DNA from: Eledone cirrhosa
Lineage: Eukaryota
Reading direction: 5' to 3'
Length of the DNA: 64,000 nt
Assembly: GCA_964016885.1 (NCBI GenBank)
Contig: OZ024741.1
Coordinates: 257,486,001 to 257,550,000 of the forward strand
A program made the translations under genes and the position numbers. The notes beneath the pieces were generated by a model. That model was not told the DNA's origin. It made no database searches and saw only the letters and a program-made list of their open reading frames with translations. Of the stretch, positions 62,186 through 64,000 are shown piece after piece (the first letter of the stretch is position 1; each line of letters begins with the position of its first letter).

Positions 62186-62580
62186 CCCTAGAGTACCCCC
62201 GTGCTGGAATTTGTCTGACTGTCATGTTGATATCCCTGCCATTATCTATTTCCCTGGTCTTACTATTTCACGTTGGTTCGCGGTTATTGCGTCTGTCTCT
62301 CTGTTATTGCTATCCGTGTAGCTTTGTTTCCCGCAGTTAGGCTCGTGTCCTTGCCCAGAGTATACACTATGACTTCTGTAACCGGCCCTAGCCAGTGCCT
62401 CATTATAATGATCTGATCGACGGAGAAACAGGAAATATGTTAATAAATTGTGTTTTGATGCATTACTCATTCCTCCTTATCTATAATAATATACTCGGCT
62501 CTGCGTGAGCATTGAGTGCTCAAACCGCATTCCGCCTACGGACGCATTTAATTGCAACCCTACAACAACTATATATATAT

Positions 62581-62627
<47 letters not shown>

Positions 62628-64000
62628 TTTGTTGCTCCATGGCTACGTCAATGTTAAATGGATGGTAACATTTGAAACATTGAAGGCAAAGACCTTGTTG
62701 GTCTATCATTTATTATTTATCTGGTCCTTATAATTCGGGAGTAAAATGCCTTCAATAGAATGTTAAAATAAGAATCTGGTTCAGAGCTTTGTTTGCGAGC
62801 CCTGGTCTATTTATAACTGATGGAAGAGAGGAGAGGATGACAGTGTATGTGAATTATCACGAATATAATGTTGTGTGTGTCAGCAAGTTTCTGTCAAATA
62901 TTGTGTCTTGATGGTTTCATGTCAAATCTTTTAATGTCAAATGTTGTGTATTGAGTGGTAATCACTTGGATATATCAACTATTCTCGATTGAGTTACGTA
63001 TTCGGGTTATGTGTGCCTGGGTGGTTATGTCAAAATTTAAAGGTGTGTAAGTATAGTGTACTGTGTTATAATTTAATGTTGTTTTCTTGGTTAACTTTAG
63101 CTACGTGTAGTGATTCTTTGAATCTACGGTTGATTCTACTCCCTGGCTCTAGTAATAACTGTTATGTTTTGTTAATGTTTTTGCATTTGTCTATGTAGAG
63201 ATTTCATAGGCATACTATTTAATGCAGCACTATAAATTTTCCAGCATATGTATAAATATATTTAACATTGCAAGCATCGTAGTTTGCTCCTCCTAACATC
63301 AGAGATGTTGTTATAAAATTTAAGGACAAAATCTCAATTTATATACACCCCAACACCTTCCAACTCCCCTCTCAATCAATTAACTTGCTTTTACCATTCA
63401 CTATTTTCTTTCACCTCTTGTGTATATATATGCTTTAATCCTTTCAAATCTTCATCAACACTCCTTCACTCCCACTGTCATTAACAACTCCCCCATCCAG
63501 ACACACCAAAATCTCTTATATAGACAACACAGCCTCAGATCATCATCATCATCATCTTCATTTAACGTCCATCTTCCACGCTAGCATGGGCAGTTTGACA
63601 ATTGCCACCGATGAATGCAAGAAAGTTAACCAGGAAAGTTAACCAGGAATCTTTCAAAAATCTCCCCACCGAAGTTAATAAAGAGCTTACTAGATCTACA
63701 AAATCAAATTGTAAAATTATAATATAAAATTAAATTGTTTTGAACTACAAGTGAAGTTATTCTTTTCCTTTTTTAAAATATACCTAACTGTACCAAGGAT
63801 TTCACACATTTTCCAATATTCTACCACTTTGTACAAGACAGAATGGTTAACACTCGTTCAAAATCTGTTACTGAATCCCTCAAACCGGAGACAATATTAC
63901 AGGAAATCTCCGAAAAACTCTCCATAATAATAAGTAAGTACGATTTTCTTACCAATGCCGTACAACAAATGGCACAACAAACAGACAGCAGCTATAGGGA

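Larger units (their letters stand above)
58650..62480 (-). mobile_element. Decayed PLE interrupted by a hAT MITE and a Helitron
   Basis: Fragments HYNEALARAGY (62246-62470), KFSFSTAPNMG, CSCH..CPL..KGIVYKC..YIGATSMTFKSR (60207-60480), CRLCLTEA; HHR at 58688-58816. Confidence 0.85.

Overview
AT-rich, microsatellite-laden animal DNA; the repeat content and (TA)n/(CA)n load suggest an octopus/coleoid cephalopod (inference). The ORF track misses the host gene: a receptor-type protein tyrosine phosphatase on the minus strand. I reconstructed 12 phase-consistent GT-AG exons (1215 coding bp over 15703-56920) covering the TM helix, juxtamembrane region, a complete catalytic D1 domain and the probable start of D2. 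Introns and flanks are filled with Penelope-like retroelements (PLEs) of two clades, RTE, CR1-like and R4/Dong LINE remnants, a tRNA-derived SINE, Helitron-type elements, and hAT and mariner MITEs. The most striking pattern is that most PLE insertions form fold-back (inverted) structures abutting (TA)n and carry a type I hammerhead ribozyme (HHR) motif in their pseudo-LTR. About 11 distinct HHR families (roughly 20 copies) can be read by eye. They include a multi-copy family with a fixed non-canonical CAGAAGA core and an extended stem I, several with very large stem II insertions, and tiny ORF-less retrozyme-like fold-backs. All folds were paired by eye, so activity is untested.
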